Positions 1 through 11,545 of a stretch of 64,000 nucleotides of DNA are shown piece after piece. The notes under the pieces were generated by a model. That model searched no databases. It saw only the letters and a list, made by a program, of their open reading frames with translations, and was not told the origin of the DNA. The position numbers and the translations under genes are program-made. This DNA is from Candidatus Marinacidobacterales bacterium (GTDB lineage: Bacteria > Acidobacteriota > Vicinamibacteria > Marinacidobacterales > SMYC01). Each line of letters starts with the position of its first letter. Position 1 is the stretch's first letter. The DNA is taken from positions 544,001 through 608,000 of the forward strand of contig CBDCYI010000004.1 in assembly GCA_965224085.1 (NCBI GenBank), given 5' to 3'.

Positions 1-2
1 GA

Positions 3-62
3 CTTCTACAAGAACACGACCTTCTCTCGGACGAACGCATCAAAATTCTTCGTTCATGGCGC
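3..62 (+). pseudogene. possible IS91-family (Y2) transposase fragment, cut by window edge and truncated
   Basis: Frame 3 reads LLQEHDLLSDERIKILRSWR, resembling the 'LL..ER..LL.SWRHSGF' segment of IS91-like transposases; similarity stops there. Confidence 0.25.
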
Positions 63-363
63 CCTTTAGGCATCGGCTTGCTGCGTCAAACCGCTTCCCG
101 CGGAGCTGATCGCGGCGTCCGCGCGCCCTTCGATGAGCGTTTGCACACCGTCGCGTGCCTGTCCGTCCAAAGACGTTCTATTTGCAAGCGCCCGCCACGA
201 ACTGTGTTAACCTGCCTGCGGCGAGCAATGCGTGCGTCCTTCGGATTACCTACTGCTACTCGCAGGTTTGTGCGCGCCTCATCGCGAGTTTGGCGGGCGA
301 AAGCACCGGGGACGAGCCGGATGCCCAAGTTCTCGTAGAAATCCAGTCACTCGATTCCATTCC

Positions 364-2153
364 GTGAGGCGCCGCTCCGCTGCGTTCGCCATACTGGCAG
401 TGATAGGGGGCTGCGTCGGGCCCGAAAGGATCTCTCTGCTCGAGCGCAGCGACGCCGAGGACGTCGAGCTTCTCGGGGATCTCAGAAAGTCGCTGGCTCC
501 CGCCTTCCCGGCCGAGCTCGATTTCGCGGTCGACGTTCCACCCAACCCAAAGCTCACCTTTTCCGTCGCCGTCGCGACGCAAAAGCGCGTCGAGCGAGGT
601 CGTGTCGACTTCCGCGTCCGTGTCGTCTCTGAAGGCTTTCCCGTCACCGTGTTTCGAAAATCTCTTCGCGTGGAGCAGCACAACCGCTGGTACGACGCGA
701 CGTTGGACCTCGCCGCCTGGGCGGGCAAGCGCGCTACGCTCCGATTCGAAACGTTTCCGACGCGAGGGAACCGTTCGGCGCCGTGGGCCGATCGCATCCG
801 CACGCTTTGGGGCTCGCCCGAGCTCGCGAGCGCCGAGCCCGTGGACCCCCCGAAAACCTCTCCGCCATCTTGATCGTTGCGGACACGCTTCGCTACGACT
901 ACCTTGGTATCCACGGATTCGAAGGGAACATCTCGACGAACCTGGACTGGCTGGCACTCGAGTCGGTGCGCTTCGACCTAGCTTTCGCAGCCGCGCCGTG
1001 GACCAAGCCCTCGGTCGCTACTCTTCTTACCGGGCTCCACCCATCCACGCATGGCGTTCGCAATCATGGTGGCAGGATCGAGCTCGAGGCTACGGATACG
1101 CTCTCCGAACAGGCGCTCACCCTGGCAGAAGTGTTCCAGGAACATGGCTACGAGACGGCCGCCTTCGTGGGCAATTCGTGGCTGGCCCCTCCGTACGGGT
1201 TCGAACAGGGCTTCGACAGCTACGTCGTGGACGATCACGATGACCGGCTCGTCGCGAGCGCGGGGGAATGGCTCGCCTCGCGCGACACCCCTGCTCCCTA
1301 CTTCCTGTACCTTCACCTCATCGACGTGCACGGTCCCTACCGCGCGCCCGAGCGCGATTACCTCATCTTGCAGGACAGCTTGACGCTCGGAGCCGAAAGG
1401 CTCATCTCCCGCGACGACCCCAGCCGGCCTGGGCACCTCGAGGCGACCCCATGGGCGCACGCCGAAGAGAAGGATCGGCTGCGCCCGTGGAAAGCCAAGT
1501 ATGCTGCGACGGTGCGCCAGCTCGACCGCCGCCTCGGCGCATTGCTGGCAGAGCTTCGTGGGTCGGGAGAGCTCGACCGCGCGATCGTCGTGTTCACGTC
1601 GGATCACGGCGAGGAGTTCCTCGAGCACGAGAGCTGGGAGCACGGCTACCGGCTCTGCGATCACCAGCTCCACGTCCCGCTGTGGTTTCGCGTGCCCGGA
1701 GCTCGGTCCGCGGGTCGGCGCGTGTCAGAAATCACGAGCCTCCTCGACGTGATGCCGACGCTTTTGGGTGCGAGCTCCCTGCCGGTACACGAGCTCGTAC
1801 AAGGCGAGGACCGATCGCGGTGGCTGGCATCCTCGCTGCTCGATGCCGCGGAAAGGAAGATCGCACTCGCGTCGGGCATGAAGCACCGCCCAGAGGTCCA
1901 CTCTCTCAGGACGGACCGTTACCACCTCCTGTGGGATGAGGCGTCGGATGAAGTCGAGCTCTTCGACACGCGAGACGACCCCGCAGAGCTTCGCAACATC
2001 GCCGGGACCCACGCCGCGCTCACGTCACGTCTCACAACGCTCCTGCAATCGGAATTGGAGCAGATCGAAGACGCCGGTACTCTGGACACCGAAGTCGTGC
2101 CGATTCCAGAAGAGCTCCGCGGGCGCTTGCGCGCCCTCGGCTACGTTCCGTGA
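364..2153 (+). CDS. exported sulfatase-like (alkaline phosphatase superfamily) hydrolase with N-terminal beta domain; one frameshift near 845-856
   Basis: ORF 232-873 (GTG 364, lipoprotein-like signal AVIGGC) joins ORF 783-2153 at GACCCCCCGAAAA; motifs ILIVADTLRYD, WTKPSVATLLTG, HGPY, TSDHGEEF, C-terminal LRALGY. Confidence 0.8.
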
Positions 2154-2429
2154 AAGACCCGTCCTTCGTTCTGGCACTCGAACGTCAACGTCGTCGCCGT
2201 CCCCGTCGAGCCGTATGCGAACCGTGGAGCCGTGCTTGCAATCATGCTGTGAAACATCAGACGGTCCTGTCCACCGTATCTTTCACCGTGCGATTGCGAA
2301 GCTTTGAGTTTTGTCCGTCTACCTAGTACAGATATCGACCGCGAAAGCCCTCTTCGAGGCGGTGGCGGCCGGTGGCGCGTCGCGTCGGGTCTGCCACCAC
2401 GGTCAGTCCGCACGAAAACGGAGGTTTGG

Positions 2430-3060
2430 ATGATATGTCGAAAACGGGTGGCCTATTCGCTTCTCACTCTTTTTCTTGCGTCGGTCTCGGCGCTTCCTGC
2501 CCAGGAGGTCCCGCCCCGCGTTTGCGTCTTGGACAGCAAACCAACCGCGGTCAGCGCGGTTTCGCTCGAAACCGGCCAAGTTCTCGCTACGGTGCCGGTC
2601 GAGGGCAAGCCTTGGGGCATGATCATAAGCCCCGACGGGCGTCGGGTCATCGTGCTAGACAAAGAAAAAGGTAAACAAACGGTCCGCTTCGGCTATCACC
2701 CCAAGGCCAAGTCCATCTCTACTATTATTGATACGGCGACGATGAAGGTTGTCGCGAGCACCGAGTTGGGATGGTCGGTGAGCACGGGCACCGTCTGGGA
2801 CCGCCAAGGGTTCGGCGGCAGCTGGATTTTCAGCCAAGATGCTCGCTATCTGACGATTGCTTGCTTCGGATATCGGTCTCAGAAGCCAAAGGAGACGCTT
2901 CCGGCCGAGCTCGTGAAGTTGGATCTCCAGACCGGCGATGTGGTGAGTCGCTTTCGGGCGGAGAGGCCAATCGAAGCGATGATCACGACCCGCGACGCTT
3001 CATTGGCCGTCGTCTATGCGGCGCGAAGAGAAGGAAAGAAAAACCAGCCGACACTGTCCG
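2430..3060 (+). pseudogene. YncE/YVTN-like beta-propeller exported protein, 3'-truncated
   Basis: Signal peptide then repeats such as VSLETGQVLATVPVEGKPWGMIISPDGRR; after ~3060 the frame runs into the antisense of the next gene. Confidence 0.55.
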
Positions 3061-3109
3061 AGTCGCCGACGTTCACTACGGGAGCGCAAGCCCGCTTTCA
3101 CAATCGGCG

Positions 3110-3631
3110 TCAGAACGCGTACCCGAAGTTCACGAAACGCACCCGAGGAAATATGGCTGAGCCACTGACGCCGCCAAAGAGGCGAGTGACTCCGGCGCCC
3201 ATTCCCAGGTACCAGTTCTTGTTGGCGCCCATCAACCATGTGTAGCCGAGCTCGACCCCAACCCCGAAGAACGTTCCGTTGTCGTCGTGATCGTTCAGGT
3301 AGTAGACGCCTGTCCGCCCACCGATATAGAACCCTTTGAAGGCGATGCCTTGTGGGTACAGGCGAAAGATCGCATTACCCGTGGCAAGGCTTCCACCGTC
3401 GGGAGTCGCGTAGCTCGTGGTGAAACCGAGCGTGGCGTTTGCACGAAACTTGCGTTCGTACTCGACGTTGAACCACTCAAAAACAAAGCCGAACGGGTTG
3501 GCGGTGATCAGGTTTTCGTGCGATGCCGCGGCATCGGTTTCGGATTCCTGAGGTTGGTGGGCACTAGTCCCGGCGGGAATAAGGATCGCGACAGCAAGGA
3601 GCCATGCAAGGAAATTCCAGTTTCTTTTCAT
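3110..3631 (-). CDS. small outer-membrane beta-barrel-like protein (DUF3575-like)
   Basis: Signal peptide, amphipathic beta strands, C-terminal NFGYAF ending in Phe; AGGAG RBS. Confidence 0.7.
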   Translation of the reverse strand: MKRNWNFLAWLLAVAILIPAGTSAHQPQESETDAAASHENLITANPFGFVFEWFNVEYERKFRANATLGFTTSYATPDGGSLATGNAIFRLYPQGIAFKGFYIGGRTGVYYLNDHDDNGTFFGVGVELGYTWLMGANKNWYLGMGAGVTRLFGGVSGSAIFPRVRFVNFGYAF

Positions 3632-3913
3632 CGGTCGTCTCCTCTTGGGATTCTTCTTTCCATTGCCTCCCTTCCGAAAGGGAGGGAAGACCCCCGGGCA
3701 ATTCTAAACATCGCAATTCACGTGCCAGCGACGACGACTGAGCGAGCCGCGTCCCGAAGGGACTAGCGGATTAAGCGGCGGGCTGCAGAGTGGCTTTTAG
3801 GTGGTGTGTGTACCCAAAACGGGACAGCCGACCCGCCGCACCCGATCTAATCCCTCGTCATGTGCCGACGTGGTCGGCTGCTCCACCAAAGCCGCGCAGA
3901 GCGTGGCGCGAGG

Positions 3914-4150
3914 TCAACGCGCGTTTACGACCCCGCTCATGATCAGGCGAGCGGTACGTCCGACGCGCGCGCTCACGACATGCGCACCATCCATCTTAAC
4001 GTTGACATCCATGACACCGTAGGGATGCGCGATGCGAACGTCCCCGCTCGCCGCGCTCGGTACTATCGTCCCAGGGAGGCTCGCCGCTGCCGCGGTACAC
4101 ACTGCGACCATCACCGCGTATGAGCGGTGCGCCGTGCGCATCGACATCAT
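3914..4150 (-). pseudogene. C-terminal fragment of PrpF-family isomerase
   Basis: MMSMRTAHRSYAV...AAASLPGT, RIAHPYG, RTARLIMSGVV match the PrpF C-terminus; N-terminal two thirds absent. Confidence 0.65.
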
Positions 4151-4238
4151 GCGCGCTTATACCGCGTGGCCTCGAGCCCCCTCCTTCCCGCCGCGGCTCG
4201 TGCCCCCACGATAGAGCCGGCATAAAACCTCCATAGGC

Positions 4239-5429
4239 CTAATGCCGGCGGATCGGAAATTTCTGCATCGTAGCGATCTCGGCGAGGCTTTGCCGGATCA
4301 ACGTCTCGAGCTCGCGCGGCGGATCGTGGTCGAGAGCGTCTACGAAATGTTGGTAGGCCGCCGTCGGCTCGCCCAACTCATGGAGTTGAACGAGCCCAGC
4401 GCCCGCATGTGCTTCCGCGAGACCGGGGCCGCGCGGATAGTCTCGCAAATGGCGTTGATGCACAGTGAGGGCCCCGCGCGCATGTCCATTCTTCGACATC
4501 CAGTTCGCCAGCGAGAGCGAAACTTTCGGCGCAAGAATCCTGCGGGTCCGGATCGACGGTAGATCGAAGTAAAGCTCTGCGGCACTCTCGAACTTCCCTT
4601 GCCCAACGGCCGCGGTAATCGCCTCGCCCATGGAGCGCGGCCTGTTGCTCGACGAAGGATGCTCCTCACGGTACTCTCGCGGTCGCGCCGTCATCTCGCG
4701 CCGATTCAGAAACAAGGCCACGACCACACCCACGAGAAATCCGCCAATATGCGCGCCGTGCGCTACGCCCGAGCCCTGCCCCACCGTCGCAAGGAACGGA
4801 AGAATATTGCTTACGACGATGTAAAAGCCCAGCACCCAGCGTGCCGGAAGCATGACCACGCGAATGAAGTAGAACAGAAAGATGAGCACGCGCACCTGAT
4901 TGTGCGGAAACCACACGAAGTAGATGCCGAGAATGCCCGAGATCGCCCCGGATGCCCCGACGAGCGGGATGGGCGAATCACTCGCGAAGGCCGCGTGGAA
5001 CAAAGTCGCCGCCGCTCCCGAGACCAAATACCACACGACATAGCCGACCGCTCCGAGCCGGTGCTCGACGTTGTCTCCGTAGATCCAGAGAAAGAGCATA
5101 TTCCCGAACAGATGCATGAACCCACCATGCATGAACATCGACGTGAAAAGGGTCACGATCGACGGGTCGGAGGGCCGGTAGCCATATTCGAATACCAACA
5201 GATCGTAAGCGGTCAACTGCGGCGCGACCTGCTCCATGGGCACGTTGGGCGGGAGATTCTGGCGAATGGCGCTCAGATATTCTTGAACCCTCGGATCCGC
5301 TGGATCCGCAAGCTGATCGGTCAACGGCAGAAACGTAAGCGCGAAGACGGCGACGTTCAAACCGATGAACACGTAGGTCAGAAACGGTGTGCCACGCGGA
5401 TTCGGCTGGTCTCCGATGGGAAGGAACAT
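4239..5429 (-). CDS. rhomboid intramembrane serine protease with C-terminal TPR-like domain
   Basis: MFLPIGD start, HGGFMHLFGNM, GASGA catalytic Ser motif, AHIGG His motif, helical C-terminal extension. Confidence 0.9.
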   Translation of the reverse strand: MFLPIGDQPNPRGTPFLTYVFIGLNVAVFALTFLPLTDQLADPADPRVQEYLSAIRQNLPPNVPMEQVAPQLTAYDLLVFEYGYRPSDPSIVTLFTSMFMHGGFMHLFGNMLFLWIYGDNVEHRLGAVGYVVWYLVSGAAATLFHAAFASDSPIPLVGASGAISGILGIYFVWFPHNQVRVLIFLFYFIRVVMLPARWVLGFYIVVSNILPFLATVGQGSGVAHGAHIGGFLVGVVVALFLNRREMTARPREYREEHPSSSNRPRSMGEAITAAVGQGKFESAAELYFDLPSIRTRRILAPKVSLSLANWMSKNGHARGALTVHQRHLRDYPRGPGLAEAHAGAGLVQLHELGEPTAAYQHFVDALDHDPPRELETLIRQSLAEIATMQKFPIRRH

Positions 5430-5477
5430 GGAAGGGCAATATACCGCATCGGTAGGTGGCGCGGAGTCTTGGAGAAG

Positions 5478-5513
5478 AAAAAAGAGGGGCCGGCGAGGGC
5501 ACCGCCGCCCTCT
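5478..5513 (-). terminator. putative intrinsic terminator with no intact gene upstream
   Basis: Minus strand GC-rich stem (GAGGGCGGCG...CGCCGGCCCCTC) followed by TTTTTT. Confidence 0.45.
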
Positions 5514-5941
5514 GCTAGAGCCTCTCTCCAATCGAGAACCCGCAACTCTAATCGATCGGAGTCCGAGGCCCGCCGCTCGCCACGCGTTTCCTTCGGGGGC
5601 ACCGACGCGCAGCACACGTAGAAGGGCGCCGGGCTGCACCTGGAAGGCTAAGCATCGATTCCTGGACGACGACCGTCGATACGATGCCGGCAACGGCTAA
5701 CGCGTTGGAAGCTCCAAAGGCAAGACTGCGTTAGTGTTCCGTTGCGGTTACCGCCAATAATGGCGAGTGATCATCTCGACAGAGGCCGCCCATGGGCACG
5801 CCCGGCAACCTTCAACGGCCCTATTAATACCTCTATTCGGCGCATGTGTAAACCCGAAAATTTCCCGGGTTTGAGAACAGGTTGCCGGCTTGGCGCGTGA
5901 ACACGTATACAATAACAGCACTCGTTTGGGAGGCATTTTTG

Positions 5942-7561
5942 ATGAATACACGGGTATTTTCCTTTTTTTTCGCAGTGGCTTTGGTCTTCGCCCTCGTGGC
6001 TCCGTCTATTTCGCAGGAGCGCGAGCCGGTCCTTCCGGCGCCCGACCGGAACGGCCAGGGCGATGGACCGCACGAGCGCCTCATCCTTCGCGGCGGCATC
6101 GTCATCGACGGCACGGGCGCGCCGCCCGCGGGCCCGCAGGATATCGTCATCGAAGGCAACCGCATCGTAGAGATCAAGAGCGTCGGAACGCCTTTCATCG
6201 AGATCGACGAGTCGAAGCGACCTACGGATGCGACGAAGGAGATCGACGTCTCGGGAATGTATGTCATGCCCGGTTTCGTGGACCTCCATACGCACACGGG
6301 CGGTGTCCCCAAAGCTCCGGAGGCGGAGTACGTTTACAAGCTCTGGATGGCCCACGGCGTCACGACGACGCGAGACGCCGGCGCCGGCGCACGGAGCTTC
6401 GTCCTTAGCGAGAAAGAGCGGAGCGCCAAGAACGAAATCGTAGCCCCTCGCATTTTCGCTTACGCACGTCCCGGCACGGGCACCGGTTGGGAGGGCGGGT
6501 CCATCCAAACCGCTGAAAAAGCCCGTGAGTGGGTGCGCTGGGGCGCAGCCCAAGGGATCGACGGCCTCAAGCTCGGCGCCTACGACCCCCACATCATGGA
6601 AGCGCTCATCGACGAGGCAAAAAAAAAAGGTCTCGGCACCATGGCTCATCTCGGACAAAACGGCGTTGCCCGTATGAATCTTCTCGACGCGGCGCGCCTC
6701 GGCCTCGGGACCCAGACGCACTTTTACGGGCTTTTCGAAGCCCTCCTCAAAGATCACTACGTCCAGGATTGGCCCGTCGACCAGAATCAGAACGACGAGC
6801 AGCACCGCTTCGGTCAAGTCGCCCGCCTCTGGGATCAAATCCATCCGCGCGGGAGCGAGCGCTGGACGGGACTCATCGACGAGCTCGTCGAGCTCGGCCT
6901 TACGATCGATCCGACGATGACGATTTATGCCGCCGGCCGGAACGTCATGGCCGCGCGCAACGCCGACTGGCACGAGAAATATACACTTCCGTCACAGTGG
7001 GAATTCTTCCAGCCGAACCGCCGCAGCCACGGCGCCTATTGGTTCTATTGGACGAGCCATGACGAGATCGCGTGGCGCAACTTCTATCAGGTGTGGATGC
7101 AGTTTCTAAACGACTACAAAAATGCGGGCGGTCGCGTGACCACGGGCTCCGATTCTGGCTTCATCTACAAGCTCTACGGATTCGCCTATATCGAGGAGTT
7201 CGAGCTTTTGCAGGAAGCCGGCTTCCATCCTCTCGAGGTCGTGCGCTCCGCCACACTCAACGGCGCTCTGACCTTGCACGAGCCCAAAGGCACTCCGATC
7301 GAGTTCGGGATCCTCCGACCCGGCCTTCTCGCAGACCTCGTCGTCGTGGAGGAGAATCCGATCGAGAACTTCAAAGTCCTGTACGGGACCGGAGCGGTAC
7401 GCCTAAACGACGATACCGGCGAGGTCGAGCGTGTCGGCGGCATCAAGTACACGATCAAAGACGGCATCGTCTATGACGCCAAGGAGCTCCTCGCAGACGT
7501 CGTCCGCATGGTCGAACAGGCCAAACGAGCGCGGATGGGTCCAACTACCAACGAGAACTAG
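5942..7561 (+). CDS. exported amidohydrolase-family protein
   Basis: Signal peptide, MPGFVDLHTH (HxH), GSDSG, GLLADLVVV; GGAGG RBS. Confidence 0.9.
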   Translation: MNTRVFSFFFAVALVFALVAPSISQEREPVLPAPDRNGQGDGPHERLILRGGIVIDGTGAPPAGPQDIVIEGNRIVEIKSVGTPFIEIDESKRPTDATKEIDVSGMYVMPGFVDLHTHTGGVPKAPEAEYVYKLWMAHGVTTTRDAGAGARSFVLSEKERSAKNEIVAPRIFAYARPGTGTGWEGGSIQTAEKAREWVRWGAAQGIDGLKLGAYDPHIMEALIDEAKKKGLGTMAHLGQNGVARMNLLDAARLGLGTQTHFYGLFEALLKDHYVQDWPVDQNQNDEQHRFGQVARLWDQIHPRGSERWTGLIDELVELGLTIDPTMTIYAAGRNVMAARNADWHEKYTLPSQWEFFQPNRRSHGAYWFYWTSHDEIAWRNFYQVWMQFLNDYKNAGGRVTTGSDSGFIYKLYGFAYIEEFELLQEAGFHPLEVVRSATLNGALTLHEPKGTPIEFGILRPGLLADLVVVEENPIENFKVLYGTGAVRLNDDTGEVERVGGIKYTIKDGIVYDAKELLADVVRMVEQAKRARMGPTTNEN

Positions 7562-7716
7562 GCCTAGACAACGTCGGGCGGTTGAATTGAAAGCCTTGGT
7601 TGGGATATAAAGGGTTCAACATTCCCCGGAAGGTGAACAGGAGTTTATAGCGTCTTCGAGCTAGTACGTTCGAGCCGAATCGAGACCCGTGCCGGGGGTA
7701 TGCCGAGGAGGCACTC

Positions 7717-8151
7717 ATGGACCTACTCAGGATTGCGCGCGTTCCGCCTGTCACGATCGGGTCGCGCGCGACCGTCCTCGACGCCGTCAAGCGGATGTCT
7801 GACGCGGGTGCGGGCGCGGTGGTCATCGTCGACGACGACCGAGCCATAGGCATTTTCACCGCGAGCGATTTACTGCGCCGTGTGGTGGCGAAAGGCCGCA
7901 AGCTCGAGAAAACCCGCCTGTCGGAAGTCGCGACGTTCCCGCTGACGGTCGCGCAGGCCGATACCGACTGCGAAGATGCACTACAGTTGATGGTCGAAAA
8001 CCACATCCGGCACTTGCCGATCGTCGACCAGAATGCCCGGGTACGGGGTATGCTCTCGACCCGCCATCTGCTGCGAAATATGGTCGACGACATGTCGCAG
8101 GAGCTCACGTCGCTCAGCGCCTACTTCACCGCCGATGGGATCGGAGGCTAA
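7717..8151 (+). CDS. CBS-domain pair protein
   Basis: Two CBS repeats (IGIFTASD; IRHLPIVD), GAGGAGG RBS. Confidence 0.9.
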   Translation: MDLLRIARVPPVTIGSRATVLDAVKRMSDAGAGAVVIVDDDRAIGIFTASDLLRRVVAKGRKLEKTRLSEVATFPLTVAQADTDCEDALQLMVENHIRHLPIVDQNARVRGMLSTRHLLRNMVDDMSQELTSLSAYFTADGIGG

Positions 8152-8168
8152 GGCCGCCGATGGGATGC

Positions 8169-8622
8169 TCACGCGAGCGCGGCCGCTACAGCAGGCGGCA
8201 AGAGTTCCACTACATCGCCTTCGATCCTCAGCGTGAGCGCGCTGTGTCCGTCGTGGTCGGTGACGCCGCGGTTGATCACCACATAGGGCGTACCGCGCGC
8301 CGCGGCCGCGAGCGGGAATCCCGCGGCCGGATAGACCGATAGCGTCGAGCCGAGTGCTACGACGAGGTCCGCCCCCCCAGCGCTCTCTGTCGCCCGATGT
8401 AGATCTTCCTGCCGTAGGTTCTGGCCAAAGCTAATCGTCGCGGGCTTCAAGTAGCCTCCACAACCACAATCTGGAGCCACCCGAGTCTCGGCGAACGTCT
8501 TCATGTGTGCATCGGGATCGGTAAGCTCGTGACAGCTCATGCACTCGATCGCCCCGTTCGTCCCGTGGATCTCGACGAGCGTTTCGGCGGACGTGCCCGC
8601 GCGCGTGTGCAGGCCGTCGACG
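8169..8622 (-). pseudogene. NAD-dependent deacylase (sirtuin/CobB family), 5' part deleted
   Basis: VDGLH, EIHG, CxxC...CxC zinc site, KPATISFGQ, GSTLSVYPAA present; the GAGxS N-terminal motif is missing. Confidence 0.8.
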
Positions 8623-9085
8623 TCGGTTCTCTCTTGCGCCCAGAGGCTCTTCACAACGCTCGGGCCAAATATGCGGCGGGCGAGATTTCACACGACGATC
8701 TTCGCGCGGTGGAAGACGAGAGCATCCGCGGCGCGGTCGCGATGTAGGAAGAGCTCGGATTCCAGGGCGTCACGGATGGCGAGCACCGCCGCACGATGTT
8801 CCATACCGATTTCTTGAAGCGCTTCGAAGGGGTAGCCGTGCGCGGCGGTTTGCCCGTGAAGTTCAAGAGCAAGACCAAAGTCATGGAGTTCTCGCCGCCC
8901 CGGCTCGAGGTCACCGGAAAACTGAAGCGCGCCAAGGGCGTCGCGACGGAGGAGTTCGCGTTCCTGAGCTCCGTGACCCGCCGAACAGCAAAGCTCTCTA
9001 TCCCGTCGCCGACGATGCTGCACTTTCGTGGTGGCCGCAAAGGCGTCGACGAAAACGCCTATCCGGAGATGGAACCGTTTTTTAT
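8619..9085 (+). pseudogene. cobalamin-independent methionine synthase II-family fragment
   Basis: VGSLLRP, TDGEHRR, KLSIPSPTMLHF; in-frame TAG at 8745-8747; no start codon; truncated near 9085. Confidence 0.8.
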
Positions 9086-9328
9086 GAGAGACGATCAGCA
9101 GCACGTCCTTCGTCGGATTCACGTTCGTGATCGGCACGGCCGACGGTGAGCTCTTTCGGATCACGACAACGATCGATTCCGGGAGCGTGGCATCACGCTG
9201 ATGCTTCTCCAGGGATTTCTTCTGCTCGCCGACGGCCCGCTCGAGTGGAAAGGCGCCTGGGAGAGCTCGAAGCGCTACCGGCAACATATTCCCGACTTCG
9301 GAACCTGTGTTAGCATCGTGCGAGTGAC

Positions 9329-10764
9329 ATGAGGATCTTGCTCTCGCCCGCCTACCAGTTGGAGCTCGATCCCAAGCAAGCTAAGAACCTAGAGCCCTAC
9401 CCGCCTCTCGGAACCCTCTACGCGGCAGCACGGCTTCGCCTCGACGGGCACGACGTCGAGCTCTCGGACTCCATGTTGGCTCAAGGGCTCGAGGAGTACC
9501 GGCGCGATCTCGATCGCTTCGCGCCGGATGTCGTCGCGATTTACGAGGACGACTTCAACTATCTCTCGAAGATGTGCCTCACCAATATGCGTGACCGAGC
9601 GTTCGAGAAAGCCCGCCTTGCCAAAGAGCGGCACGCGTTCGTCGCCGTCCATGGCTCCGATGTCGTGGACCATGTCGAGGACTATCTCGAAGGACCCGCC
9701 GATGCCGCGATCCTCGGCGAGGGCGAGGAGACCCTCGCCGAGCTCGTGCGAGAGCTTGCCGGTTCTAGCTCGAAAGAGCTCTTAAGCGTCGCAGGGCTGG
9801 CCTTCGTCGCCGATGGCGAGCTCGTGCGCACGACGCCGAGAGGGTTTGTCCGCGATCTCGACGAGGTCCCGTTCCCTGCCTGGGATCTCGTGGATATTCC
9901 GCGATACCGGGACGCCTGGCACGACGGCTTCTCCGTCAACATGGTCACGACCCGAGGATGTCCGTACCACTGCAACTGGTGCGCGAAGCCCATCTACGGA
10001 CAACGTTACGCCGTGCAACACCCGCGAACGTCGCGAAGGAGATCGATTGGCTCCGGAAGCTCGCGCGCCCGGATCACATCTGGTTCGCCGACGACATTTT
10101 CGGCCTCAAGCCAGGATGGATCGAGGAACTCGCCGCCGAAGTCGAATCACGCAACTCGATCACACCTTTCAAGGTCCAGGCTCGCGCGGATCTGATCGAC
10201 GATCGCGTCGCAGCGGCACTTCGAAGAGCCGGCTGTGAGAACGTCTGGCTCGGCGCGGAGAGCGGCTCCCAGAAAGTCCTCGACGCGATGGAAAAGGGGA
10301 TTCGCGTCGATCAGATTCTTCAAGCCGCGGCGCAGCTCAAGGCTCATGGGATTCGAGTCTCGTTCTTCTTGCAATTCGGTTATCCCGGTGAGGAATGGAG
10401 CGATATCGAAGAGACGATGGAGATGGTCAAAAAGGCCCGGCCAGACGATATCGGTATCTCGGTGAGCTACCCGCTGCCGGGAACACCTTTCTACGCCCGG
10501 GTGCAGCAGGACCTCGCACAAAAGTCCAACTGGGCCCACAGCGACGATCTCGACATGATGTTTCGCGGAACCTTCACCCCCGATTTTTATCGCGCTCTCT
10601 ATAAGCTGGTTCACAGTGAGTTCCGGTTGCTGCGTGCCCTTCGAACACTTCCCCGTCCCACGAGTGTCTTGAGGGTCGTTCGAAATCTAGCACGCTTCAT
10701 CCCAGCCCGTGCCGCGGTTCACACGCTGTCGAGGCGGCGGAATCCCGCGCTCCATGCGAGCTGA
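9329..10764 (+). CDS. B12-binding radical SAM protein; one frameshift near 10020
   Basis: PYPPLG, GEGE, TRGCPYHCNWC (CxxxCxxC) in ORF 9329-10195 continues as ANVAKE...FADD, GAESGS, PLPGT in ORF 9958-10764. Confidence 0.85.
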
Positions 10765-10879
10765 GCTTTCCGTTTTCGTAAGATCGATTACGCTCGCAGT
10801 AACCAAACGCCCGGCTCTTCGAGAAACGCCGCACAGTTCCCTTCGCGCACGGGGCACGAGATTTGCTTACCTGTTCCGC

Positions 10880-11545
10880 ATGACCGTTGTCGGAGCGAGC
10901 TCGCTCCTGGCAGCCTTTGCTGCGGGAACGGGCAAAACGGTCTGGGATGTCGCCTCCCGGGGGTTGAGCTTCGCCATGTCGGTTCTCGTGGCGCGGGAGC
11001 TGGGGGCCTCGGGATACGGGACCTTCGCCGTTTACTGGTATGCGGCGTGGATGCTGTCGCAAACGACGGATCTCGGGCTCCACCTGGTGAGCCTGCGCTC
11101 GCTCGCGATGGGCCAGAACCCGTCGGTCTTTTGGAGCGCGGTCGCCGCAAAAGGGCTCCTCACGACGGGAGTCATCGTCGCCGTCGCCGCCGCCGTCGCC
11201 GCCGGTTCGTTTTCTCCGAATCTGTTGCTCGTTTTCGTTCTGCTGGGCGCGCACCTGATGGCCTCTTGGGTCGAATTTTTTGGAGTCGTTCTTCGAAGCA
11301 AGGGCTTCATGGCGAGAGAAGGCCTCCTTCTGATGGCTCTTCGTCTCGGCTGGCTTGTGGCCGCTTTCTGGGTCCTGACTCGAAACGCGAGCCTTGCGGC
11401 TCTCGCCGGAGCACTCGTCCTCGCGAGTGTTCCGGCACTCGGCGCCGCGACGGTGCTCGTTCGACGAACGGTTCCCGTTCGGGGCAGCTCGGCCGCTCAG
11501 AGCGAAACCGTGCGTCTATTCAAAGAATCGTTTCCGTTGGCTTGT
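10880..11545 (+). pseudogene. Wzx-like oligosaccharide flippase, N-terminal half only
   Basis: LVARELGASGYG, DLGL and several TM helices; ends at LFKESFPLA, the family midpoint. Confidence 0.7.

Noticed and set aside
3666-3710. GAAA-containing hairpin as c-di-GMP riboswitch
   Set aside because: Lacks the flanking conserved motifs and second stem; no downstream gene on that strand.
8169-8654. Sir2 domain as an anti-phage defence system
   Set aside because: Zn-binding CobB-type housekeeping sirtuin fragment with no defence partner genes.
8745-8747. In-frame TAG in the MetE-like gene as pyrrolysine or stop-codon recoding
   Set aside because: The gene is also truncated at both ends, TAG terminates many intact genes here, and CAG>TAG explains it.
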